Of a DNA stretch of 63,643 nt, positions 16,066 to 24,472 are shown piece after piece. Position numbers and translations under genes: made by a program. Below the pieces are notes generated by a model. It was given only the letters and a program-made list of their open reading frames with translations, ran no database searches and was not told the DNA's origin. Source of the stretch: an uncultured Clostridia bacterium (GTDB lineage: Bacteria > Bacillota > Clostridia > Christensenellales > UBA1242); the NCBI GenBank assembly GCA_944359935.1, contig CALVTD010000002.1, positions 1 to 63,643 of the forward strand, read 5' to 3'. Position 1 is the stretch's first letter; every line of letters starts with the position of its first letter.

Positions 16066-17598
16066 ATGAAGTCTCTTGTCAAAACAGTGGTGCTTATCAC
16101 CGGGTTTTCGGTGCTCACACGAATTGTGGGCTTTTTGTTTAGAATTTATCTTTCTCGCACGGTGGGCGCTGAGGCTTTGGGGCTTTACCAAGTTGCGTTT
16201 TCGGTTTTCATGGTGCTGCTTACGGTTGTGTCAAGTGGACTGCCTTTTGTCATCTCTCGCTTGACGGCAAGATACAGAGTTGACGGCAACAAACAAAGTC
16301 AGGGCAAAGTGCTTTCTTCTGCGCTTATCATCGGCCTTATTGTAAGTTTGCTGCTTTGCGGCGTGATTTTGCTGCTGCGAAACGTGTTTAAAGGGCTTTT
16401 TTCGGATCCAGCCTGCATAATGATTTTGATTGCGCTTTTGCCAGCGCTTGTGTTTTCAGCAGTTTACAGCGTTTTTAGGGGCGCTTTGTGGGGACAGGAC
16501 AACTATTTTGCGCTGTGCGTGAGTGAATTTTTTGAGCAGGTTGTAAGAATTTTCTTGTGCGTGCTTATGCTTGCGCCAACTGCTAGTGCAATCGCGAACG
16601 CCGTCAATGTGGGGTGGTCGCTTACCATAGCGTGCGCCATGTCCATGGTTTTTGTGGTGCTGCTTTATTTTATTTACGGCGGAAAAATGTCAAAGCCTGG
16701 CAAGGAATACAAACAACTTTTAAAACGCTCAACGCCAATCACAGGCGTCAGGGTGGCGGGCAGTTTGGCTCAGCCATTGATTGCGCTGATAATGCCAGCA
16801 AGGCTTATTGCAATTGGTTACAGTTCTTCACAGGCCATGAGTTTGTTCGGCGTGGCTGTTGGCATGAGTTTGCCGCTGCTTTTTATTCCGTCCACGCTGA
16901 TAGGCTCTCTTGCCACAGCCCTTGTGCCAGATATATCCATGGCGGTGGTGAAAGACGACAAGGTGCACATAGAGGCGCGCATTCGCTCGGCGGCTATTTT
17001 TGCGCTGTTTGTTTCGGCAATGGTTGTTCCGCTTTTTATGGGTGCGGGCGATTTGATAGGTGAGTTTTTGTATGGCAATTCTTTAAGCGGGATTATTCTT
17101 GCCTCATCTGCATGGATTATGATTCCAATCGGCTTAAACAACATAACCTCCTCGCTGCTCAATTCGCTGGGCTATGAAGTGCGCTCTTGCCTAAATTATT
17201 TTGTTGGAGCAATTTTCATGTTTGCCGCTATGTGGTTTTTGCCAGCCATCTGTGGCATAAATGCCCTGTTCTGGGGTATGGGGCTTTGCATGAGCGTTAC
17301 GGCGGTGTTAAATTTCTTTATGCTGAAAAGAAAAACCGGCGTTAAACTTAAAATTTTAAAACCGCTTGTGCTGTTAATTTTAATCACAATTCCTTGCGCG
17401 GCGCTGGTGAGTTTTATGGCTAAACTATGCTGCTTTGTAATGCCTTTGGTATTGGCAATAATCATTTCATGTGGCTTGGGCTTTATCTTCTATGTGCTGT
17501 TATGCATGGTTTTCAATGTTGTGGATGTGAAAGGATACTTTGTGCAAGTTACTTCAAAATTTAAAATAAAAGGCCTGAAAAAAGTTAAAAAAAGTTAA
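16066..17598 (+). CDS. MOP-superfamily flippase (SpoVB/MurJ-like polysaccharide or lipid II flippase)
   Basis: 510 aa with about 14 TM segments. N-terminus MKSLVKTVVLITGFSVLTRIVGFLFRIYLSRTVGAEALGLYQVAFSVF is typical of SpoVB/MurJ-type proteins. GGAGG Shine-Dalgarno. Confidence 0.8.
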   Translation: MKSLVKTVVLITGFSVLTRIVGFLFRIYLSRTVGAEALGLYQVAFSVFMVLLTVVSSGLPFVISRLTARYRVDGNKQSQGKVLSSALIIGLIVSLLLCGVILLLRNVFKGLFSDPACIMILIALLPALVFSAVYSVFRGALWGQDNYFALCVSEFFEQVVRIFLCVLMLAPTASAIANAVNVGWSLTIACAMSMVFVVLLYFIYGGKMSKPGKEYKQLLKRSTPITGVRVAGSLAQPLIALIMPARLIAIGYSSSQAMSLFGVAVGMSLPLLFIPSTLIGSLATALVPDISMAVVKDDKVHIEARIRSAAIFALFVSAMVVPLFMGAGDLIGEFLYGNSLSGIILASSAWIMIPIGLNNITSSLLNSLGYEVRSCLNYFVGAIFMFAAMWFLPAICGINALFWGMGLCMSVTAVLNFFMLKRKTGVKLKILKPLVLLILITIPCAALVSFMAKLCCFVMPLVLAIIISCGLGFIFYVLLCMVFNVVDVKGYFVQVTSKFKIKGLKKVKKS

Positions 17599-17601
17599 TT
17601 T

Positions 17602-18348
17602 TTGCGTAAAAAAAACAATGTTGCTTATACTAAGCGCATGCTAACAATCATATTAAGGTCGATTATCATTTATCTTATTGTGCTGTTTGTGTTTAGGATT
17701 ATGGGCAAGCGTCAACTTGGCCAGATGCAGCCCTTTGAACTTGTTTTAACGCTTATTATCGCCGACCTTGCAACCATACCAATGGCGGAAATTTCTGTGC
17801 CTGTGCTGCACGGGATAGTTCCGCTTTTCACGCTTGTGATTTTGCATTTTTTGCTTACGCTGCTGACAAGGCTAAGCACCACGCTTTCAGCAGTAGTGAG
17901 CGGCAAGCCGGTGATTTTAATTAATCCAAGGGGCATTGATTACAAGGCTATGAAGAAATTGAGCATAAGCATTGATGACATTTTTGAGGCCATGCGTGGG
18001 CTAGGCTATTTTTCTTTGGAACAGGTTGAGTATGCGATAATGGAAACCAATGGCAAAATCAGCATCCTGCCAAAAGCCGAACTTGCGCCAGCCACCAATC
18101 AAAGTGTGGGTGCACAAGTGGAAAAAGCGGTTATTCCAATAAACATCATAAGCGAAGGCAAAATTTTAAAAGAAAACCTTGCGCTTGCAAATATAGATGA
18201 AGCGTTTGTTGAAAAATTTTTAAAAACCAATATTGGTAAAGCCAAAATAAAAGATGTGTTGGTTATGACGCTGGATGATAACGGCGCGGTGTATTTGCAA
18301 CTTAAACAAGGGCAAAAGCAAATCTTTGAAAATGTGAGGGCGGCATGA
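17602..18348 (+). CDS. DUF421-family membrane protein (YetF-like)
   Basis: IIYLIVLFVFRIMGKRQLGQMQPFELVLTLIIADLA is the characteristic DUF421 N-terminal motif. The TTG at 17602 or the ATG at 17638 may be the real start. Confidence 0.7.
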   Translation: MRKKNNVAYTKRMLTIILRSIIIYLIVLFVFRIMGKRQLGQMQPFELVLTLIIADLATIPMAEISVPVLHGIVPLFTLVILHFLLTLLTRLSTTLSAVVSGKPVILINPRGIDYKAMKKLSISIDDIFEAMRGLGYFSLEQVEYAIMETNGKISILPKAELAPATNQSVGAQVEKAVIPINIISEGKILKENLALANIDEAFVEKFLKTNIGKAKIKDVLVMTLDDNGAVYLQLKQGQKQIFENVRAA

Positions 18349-18740
18349 AAATTTTTTCAAAAATTATGCTTGTGCTTATTTTCGTATTTTTAATTGCCAT
18401 CTCAATAATTGAAGAGGTGGTTGCTAGTGGCAGCCTGCAAGAGGCTATGGCCGATTGCCTTTATTTGGAAGAAATCAGCGAGGGTAGGGAAGATTTGCGA
18501 ACGCAAGCCATCGCATTGGCTGTGGATGACCTGGAATACCATTGGAAGAACAATGAAAGCAGCATGTGCTTTTTGGTCAACCACAAAAACATTCAAGAAA
18601 TTGGATTGGAAATAAGCAAGTTGAAAGTTTATCAAAAGGAAAACGACCTAAAAGAATTTAGGGCGTGCCTGGATGCTGTGAAATTTTATAGTCAAAGTTA
18701 TCTGCATTTTATGGGTGCAAATCTGCACAATGTGTTATAA
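18345..18740 (+). CDS. DUF4363-like small membrane-anchored protein
   Basis: 131 aa with one N-terminal TM helix. Its start overlaps the stop of the DUF421 gene by 4 nt, which is the usual pairing of these two families. Confidence 0.55.
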   Translation: MKIFSKIMLVLIFVFLIAISIIEEVVASGSLQEAMADCLYLEEISEGREDLRTQAIALAVDDLEYHWKNNESSMCFLVNHKNIQEIGLEISKLKVYQKENDLKEFRACLDAVKFYSQSYLHFMGANLHNVL

Positions 18741-18743
18741 AAA

Positions 18744-18767
18744 AATCGGCGTTTTAGCCGATTTTTA
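18744..18767. terminator. Bidirectional terminator
   Basis: AATCGGC-GTTTTA-GCCGATT flanked by A5 and T5 runs, between convergent genes. Confidence 0.75.
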
Positions 18768-19877
18768 ATATACCTTTTCTTTTTTAATTGAAACGTAAAT
18801 TACAACGCCAACAATTATTGCCATCACAGCCGCTGCGGCAATCACAATCCAAACAATGGTCATAGGGTCGAAACCGTCTACTGTTGAAAGTTGCTGGCTG
18901 GTTGCAACAAACTCGGTTGTTTGATAGTCAGGCGACAGTATTTCGCATCTTATTGTCCATGTGCCTTCCATTGGAGGGTCGAACAAAAATGTGTGCCCAG
19001 TTCTTAAATTTTGTGAGTCAGCGCCATAGAGAGCATTTTGAGTGTTTGTGTTATCAATGTCGCTTGGCAGAAGAACAAAACTTCTTCCATCGGCGGAGGT
19101 GCCGTCAACAAACCAGTTTATTTGATAGCCGTTTACATATTTAAAGCCATCATCCACTGTGAAAAGGTAGGCGTTTCTAAGGCCAGTTGAACTTGGTTGA
19201 ATTTCATAACTAAGTTCAGGCGCTCTGTTTATTGTGTAAACATCGTCTGGAGTCAGTTCAAAAATTGCGGATTGTATGGTGTCTTGATAGGTGAAAGAGA
19301 ACATATAAAGTCCCCAGCCGCCGTATTCAGTGAAGGTTTCACCGAAAACATCCTTTCCTGCAAAAGCGCCACTTTCCAAAGTTTGCTCGTCATCCACTTG
19401 CACGTAGAACCTAAAACTTGTGTCAATTTCATCTTTGCTTGAAACAGTTTCTGTAAAAAGTTCAAGTTGGTGAGTGTGGTCTGTTGACAAACTTACTTTT
19501 CCGTCTTGTATGCGTGCTGGCGTCCAGGTTACGCTATAACTATATGTGTATGATGTGGCATCAGGAATGGAGGTTGTGTCAAGGTTTACCACGAAACTGT
19601 CAATATTAGACCATAAAAAGGAATAACTTGTGTAATTTGGAATTTCTGTGCCAGATGGAGTTGTGAGGGTTACAGATGAAGGGGAGGTTGTTTGAATGCT
19701 GCCTTCACCGTCATAAGCCGTAACACTTATGTCGCTGGAATAACTGTTGGTGATATATGCGTCGGCACTGCTGGTTAAAGCAGACGAGCCAAATGCAAAC
19801 GATATGGCAAGCAAAGCCGAAAGTAAAACTACGGCAACTAAAACAAAAATTTTGGTTTTTGCTATATTCATATTCAC
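18765..19877 (-). CDS. Type-I membrane-anchored surface protein, function unknown
   Basis: 370 aa. N-terminal signal (KIFVLVAVVLLSALLAISFAFG), a Ser/Thr/Tyr-rich beta-type ectodomain, and a C-terminal TM plus basic stop-transfer segment (IVWIVIAAAAVMAIIVGVVIYVSIKKEK). Confidence 0.6.
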   Translation of the reverse strand: MNMNIAKTKIFVLVAVVLLSALLAISFAFGSSALTSSADAYITNSYSSDISVTAYDGEGSIQTTSPSSVTLTTPSGTEIPNYTSYSFLWSNIDSFVVNLDTTSIPDATSYTYSYSVTWTPARIQDGKVSLSTDHTHQLELFTETVSSKDEIDTSFRFYVQVDDEQTLESGAFAGKDVFGETFTEYGGWGLYMFSFTYQDTIQSAIFELTPDDVYTINRAPELSYEIQPSSTGLRNAYLFTVDDGFKYVNGYQINWFVDGTSADGRSFVLLPSDIDNTNTQNALYGADSQNLRTGHTFLFDPPMEGTWTIRCEILSPDYQTTEFVATSQQLSTVDGFDPMTIVWIVIAAAAVMAIIVGVVIYVSIKKEKVY

Positions 19878-19995
19878 CTCTCTTAATAAGCCAAGTATAA
19901 CATAAAAAAATTTTTATCAAAAATATTTTTGCCTTATTTTGCAAATTTATATGTTTTTATTTAAGTTATTAAAATTTGAATAAATCCCGTTTTTG

Positions 19996-20024
19996 TTGAC
20001 AATTAAAACCTTAAAATTTATAAT
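19996..20024 (+). promoter_or_regulatory. Consensus sigma-A promoter with leaderless geometry
   Basis: TTGACA (19996-20001), a 17-nt spacer, then TATAAT (20019-20024). The ATG at 20031 follows after 6 nt and has no Shine-Dalgarno. Confidence 0.6.
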
Positions 20025-20030
20025 ATAAGT

Positions 20031-20789
20031 ATGGAAGAGTTAATTTTAGAAAAGCAAACTATGCAGGAAGAGGAGAGCGCAATTTTCACTCAATCAATTG
20101 TTGCGCCAAAAAGTTATGACTGGGTTGAAGACGAGGTTATGACAATCATTTTTCGCGTGCAAAACAGCGAGTTTAACATTTGTGGCAAAAGCATGCTTGA
20201 CTGGGTGAAAATGGCGTGTGTTAAAATGCCGGTTAAGGTTTTGGACGAGCCAGCAGATGAAAATTTGCTTGAAACAATAAAAAACAACGCCGAAGGCAAA
20301 AAAATCATATTGGTTTTATATTCAAACACGCCACTTTTGCAGCAAAAAACAATTTTAAACATACTTGACTATTTCTGCACAAGGGATATGAACGCGCTTA
20401 TTTTGCCAAAAGGTTTTGTGTTTAAGGCAGAATATTTAAACCAAACCTCACAAATTTTTTCGCCTGCAAGAAAGAATTTTGCGCCAGATGAATTTAAAGA
20501 GGTTTTAACTGCGGCGGATATTGCCGAGGTTTGTGAAATCATCTATCAACGCATCCGCGAATTTCATAAGAGCAGTGGTGTTATTTTAAAAGGTGAGCAC
20601 ACCATTTTTATTGACGCCGATGTGCAAATTGAAGCAGGCGTGGTTATTGAGCCGTTTAATGTGATTAAAGGCGAAAGCGTCATCGAGGGAAAGGTTGTGC
20701 TTAAAAGCGGCAACTACATTGAAGACAGCGTGATAAAAAGCGGAGCGGTTTTGCTTGGCAAAAATATTGTTGGCGGGGAAGAGGTATGA
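20031..20789 (+). CDS. Divergent, truncated GlmU-like protein (nucleotidyltransferase-like N-terminus plus a short left-handed beta-helix)
   Basis: It sits where glmU usually lies (upstream of pth-mfd). GKSMLDW resembles the GlmU GKPML motif. The C-terminal hexapeptide-type repeats read IFIDADVQIEAGVVIEPFNVIKGESVIEGKVVLKSGNYIEDSVIKSGAVL. The LAAGxGTRM nucleotide-binding motif is absent (IIFRVQNSEF in its place). Confidence 0.4.
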   Translation: MEELILEKQTMQEEESAIFTQSIVAPKSYDWVEDEVMTIIFRVQNSEFNICGKSMLDWVKMACVKMPVKVLDEPADENLLETIKNNAEGKKIILVLYSNTPLLQQKTILNILDYFCTRDMNALILPKGFVFKAEYLNQTSQIFSPARKNFAPDEFKEVLTAADIAEVCEIIYQRIREFHKSSGVILKGEHTIFIDADVQIEAGVVIEPFNVIKGESVIEGKVVLKSGNYIEDSVIKSGAVLLGKNIVGGEEV

Positions 20790-21286
20790 AAATTTTAGTT
20801 GGGCTGGGCAACCCTGGCAGGCAATATGAAAACAATGCACACAACATTGGTTTTAAGGTTTTGGATGAGTTTGCAAAGCAGCAAAACATCAAATTTTCAA
20901 AAAAGGGTTTTAAATCGGTGTATGGCGAGGGCAAGATTGATGGAGAAAAGATTTTGCTTGTTAAACCGCAAACTTACATGAACTTGTCTGGCGAAGCACT
21001 GCTTTTGTTGAAGAAAAAATTTAAAGATGCCAAAATTTTGGTGCTGGTGGATGATATCGACACTCAAAAGGGCACCATTCGTTATCGCGAAAAGGGCAGC
21101 GGCGGCACACACAATGGGCTGAGAAGCATTGTCAGCATGATTGGCCCGGATTTTGAAAGGCTTAAATTTGGAGTTGGCAAGCCAGAGGGCGACCTTAAAG
21201 ATTTTGTGCTGGGAAATTTGGATGAGGAGTTGCAGCAAAGTTTGATTAGTCAGGGGATTGAAAGAATTTTACAATGGCTTCAATAA
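20786..21286 (+). CDS. pth: Peptidyl-tRNA hydrolase
   Basis: MKILVGLGNPGRQYENNAHNIGF, YMNLSGEA, GGTHNGLRSI. Confidence 0.9.
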   Translation: MKILVGLGNPGRQYENNAHNIGFKVLDEFAKQQNIKFSKKGFKSVYGEGKIDGEKILLVKPQTYMNLSGEALLLLKKKFKDAKILVLVDDIDTQKGTIRYREKGSGGTHNGLRSIVSMIGPDFERLKFGVGKPEGDLKDFVLGNLDEELQQSLISQGIERILQWLQ

Positions 21287-24200
21287 AAAATGTTATTGAC
21301 AGGATTACTTCACTTAATTTGCCTAAACAAATCAGTGGAGTGAAAGAAGGTGAAAAAGCGCTGATTATTGCCTCGTGTGGGCGCAGCGTTATTTTTTCTG
21401 CCGATTTTGTTGAGGCAGTGAAGTTAAAAAGAAACCTCAATGCGCTTGGTAAAACATGTGAAGTTGTTTCGGTGGGCAGAGAAGTTGGAAAATATGAAGA
21501 TGACAATCTGCAAGATTTTGCGGGCGCGCTGGGCAAGTTTTTTAGCGGCAGACTTGAAAACATCATTTTTCTGCCAAACGCGCTGGTAACCAAGTTTGAT
21601 TTAACATTTTTTAAAAATCCCATAATGCTTGAAAACGGGCAAACAGTTTCAATCACATCGCTTTGCCAAGATTTGGTGAGCGCAGGATACGAAAGGGTGA
21701 GTTTGGTTTCCGGGCAGGGTGAGTTTGCTTTGCGCGGCGACATTTTGGATGTTTTTCCTATGGGCGAAGAGGCACCAATCAGGTGTGACTTTTTTGATGA
21801 CGTGATTGAAAATATTTCAATATTTGACCCAAACACCATGAAAACTGTGCAAAAAATTGAAAATTTTTGCGTTTTTCCTGCAAAATTGCCGATGGGCGAA
21901 CAAAATGTAAGCGACATTTGTGGTTTTTGCGTGGCTGATAAAATAGAGCGTTTGCAGGGACAAATGGAACTTTTGCTTAAAAGTTTTGAGGTGATGAGCG
22001 AATTTAAAAAGCAAGATTTTGCGCAGATGAGCGACCTTAAAATAAATGTGGCGTTCACTTTGTCTGGTGGCTATGATGTTGGCTCTGGCGCGGAAATTAA
22101 CTATATTCACAATTTTGCCGAACTTGGCGATGACCTTCAAAATTTTGACAGCGCCCACAAAAAGATGCTGCTTTTTGCTGGTGACGAGCCGTCAAAGCAG
22201 CGCATTAAAAATTTCTTGCTTGGCAAGGAGATTGCATTTTTTGATTTTGAGCAGAGCGAGTTTAAAGAAAACGGCATTTATGTTTCAAGTTTTTATTATC
22301 CAAACTCCTTTTCTTTTCCAAGTTTAAACATCTTTGCAATCGGTAGTGACAACTTAACTAGGCAAAAGCCATCGCTTTTAAACAAGGCAAAAAAGCAGGC
22401 GTTCTATCGTCCGCAGATTGGTGAATATGTCGTGCACGATTTTCACGGCATTGGCAAGTGCGTGAGAATTGAGCGCATGAAGATTGCCGACTTTGAAAAA
22501 GACTATTTTGTGGTGGAGTATCGTGGCGGAGGCATGCTGTATCTTCCAAGCGAGCAGGCAAGTTCGCTTTCGGCATACATCGGCGAAGAGCAGCCAAGGA
22601 TGAACACACTTGGCGGACGAGAGTTTGAGCAGTTAAAAAACAAGGTTAAGGAAAAACTGGAAACCTTTGCGCTTGAACTTATGCAGGCTTATAAGGAGCG
22701 CGAAAACTCAAAGGGCTTTAAGTTTGCAAAGGAGGAGTTTTTAGAAAACGCTTTTGCCAATGCCTTTGAGTTTGAAGAGACCGCCGACCAAGCGCAGGCA
22801 ATCAAAGAGGTGCTTGCCGACATGGAAAGCGGCAAGGTTATGGACAGGCTGCTTTGTGGCGATGTTGGTTTTGGCAAAACCGAAGTGGCGTATAGGGCGG
22901 CTTTTAGGGCTGTGATTAACTCTAAGCAGGTGGCATTTTTGTGTCCAACAACAATTTTAAGTGAGCAGCACCTCGCCTCTGCAAAAAAGAGAATGCAAGA
23001 TTTTGGGGTGAGAATTGAAGTGCTCAACCGCTTTAAAAAGCCAAGCGAGGTGAACGCCATCTTACAAAAGTTGAAAGAGGGCGAAATAGACATTTTAATT
23101 GGCACGCATAAAATTTTAAACGAAAAAGTTAAGTTTAAAGATTTGGGGCTGCTAATCATTGACGAGGAGCAGCGCTTTGGCGTGGCGGATAAAGAAAAAA
23201 TTAAAAATTTAAAACGCAATATCGATGTGCTGGCGCTTTCGGCAACGCCTATTCCGCGCACGCTGCACATGTCACTTTCGGGCATTAGAGACATTTCCGT
23301 AATCACAACGCCGCCTAGGGACAGGCTGCCGATTCAAACCTATGTTACTGGCGAGGACGACGAGGTTGCCGCATCGGTTTTAAAAAGAGAGTTGGCGCGG
23401 GGCGGCAAGGCCTTTGTAATTTACAACAGGGTGCAGTCAATAGGCTTAATTGCAGGGCACATTGCAAGCCTGGTGCCTGAGGCAAAGATTGGTGTGGCGC
23501 ACGGGCAAATGAATGAGCGCAGTTTGCAAAGCGTTGTAGACAGGCTATTCAAGGGCGAATACAACGTTTTCATTTCCACAACTTTGATTGAAAATGGCAT
23601 AGATATGCCATCTGCAAACACCATGATTATTTATGATGCCGACAGGCTGGGGCTGGGGCAACTTTATCAACTTAGGGGAAGGATTGGGCGAAGTGACAAA
23701 CTCAGTTATGCATATCTGTTTTATAAGGACGGCAAAACTTTAACCGACGAGGCTTACAAAAGGCTTGAAGCCATAAAAGAGTTTAAGGAACTTGGCAGTG
23801 GATTTAAAATTTCCATGCGCGATTTAGAGATTAGGGGCGCGGGTAGTGTTTTTGGCAAACAGCAACATGGGCACATTGAAAAAGTGGGCTATGACATGTA
23901 TGTTAAATTGCTAAATGAAACCATCAGCGAGTTGCAGGGCAAAAAGGTTAAAGAGGTTAAACCAATTCGCATAGACCTGCCGCTTGATGCATTTATTCCT
24001 GAAAACTATATTGAAAACAGTGAGGACAGAATTTCCTACTATGTGCAAATTTCTCAGCAGGAAGATAAAGAGGGTATGCAAAGCCTGCTGCAATCGCTGG
24101 CGGAGGGGTTTGGCGAAGTGCCTCAAAGCATTGTAAACCTTGCAAAAATTGCACTTTTGAAAAACCTTGCTGGCAACTTTGATGTTAAAACCATTAAAAG

Positions 24201-24411
24201 TGACGGCGGAATTATTTTAGAGTTATATAAATCCAGCCAAGTTGTTGATAAGCGCTTGGTGGGCGTGCTTAATAAATATGGAGCAAGTTTAAGATTTGAA
24301 AACTTGCCAATAATAAAGGTTGCTAAGGATAGGCCTTTAAACAAACTTTTAGATAAGGTTATTGATATGCTCAGCGAGGCCAAAGAGGAAAATTCTAAAA
24401 AACAGGCTTAA
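21274..24411 (+). CDS. mfd: Transcription-repair coupling factor
   Basis: 1045 aa. RNAP-interacting/CarD-like segment is GEYVVHDFHGIGKC. SF2 motifs are GDVGFGKTEVA, DEEQRFGV, ATPIPRTL, QLRGRIGRS. A TRCF C-terminal domain is present. The N-terminal UvrB-homology region is short and divergent. Confidence 0.9.
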   Translation: MASIKNVIDRITSLNLPKQISGVKEGEKALIIASCGRSVIFSADFVEAVKLKRNLNALGKTCEVVSVGREVGKYEDDNLQDFAGALGKFFSGRLENIIFLPNALVTKFDLTFFKNPIMLENGQTVSITSLCQDLVSAGYERVSLVSGQGEFALRGDILDVFPMGEEAPIRCDFFDDVIENISIFDPNTMKTVQKIENFCVFPAKLPMGEQNVSDICGFCVADKIERLQGQMELLLKSFEVMSEFKKQDFAQMSDLKINVAFTLSGGYDVGSGAEINYIHNFAELGDDLQNFDSAHKKMLLFAGDEPSKQRIKNFLLGKEIAFFDFEQSEFKENGIYVSSFYYPNSFSFPSLNIFAIGSDNLTRQKPSLLNKAKKQAFYRPQIGEYVVHDFHGIGKCVRIERMKIADFEKDYFVVEYRGGGMLYLPSEQASSLSAYIGEEQPRMNTLGGREFEQLKNKVKEKLETFALELMQAYKERENSKGFKFAKEEFLENAFANAFEFEETADQAQAIKEVLADMESGKVMDRLLCGDVGFGKTEVAYRAAFRAVINSKQVAFLCPTTILSEQHLASAKKRMQDFGVRIEVLNRFKKPSEVNAILQKLKEGEIDILIGTHKILNEKVKFKDLGLLIIDEEQRFGVADKEKIKNLKRNIDVLALSATPIPRTLHMSLSGIRDISVITTPPRDRLPIQTYVTGEDDEVAASVLKRELARGGKAFVIYNRVQSIGLIAGHIASLVPEAKIGVAHGQMNERSLQSVVDRLFKGEYNVFISTTLIENGIDMPSANTMIIYDADRLGLGQLYQLRGRIGRSDKLSYAYLFYKDGKTLTDEAYKRLEAIKEFKELGSGFKISMRDLEIRGAGSVFGKQQHGHIEKVGYDMYVKLLNETISELQGKKVKEVKPIRIDLPLDAFIPENYIENSEDRISYYVQISQQEDKEGMQSLLQSLAEGFGEVPQSIVNLAKIALLKNLAGNFDVKTIKSDGGIILELYKSSQVVDKRLVGVLNKYGASLRFENLPIIKVAKDRPLNKLLDKVIDMLSEAKEENSKKQA

Positions 24412-24472
24412 TTTGCTTGAAAATTAACAACAATTATTATATACTAATGTAAGTATTTTCTGCATTTAAAGG

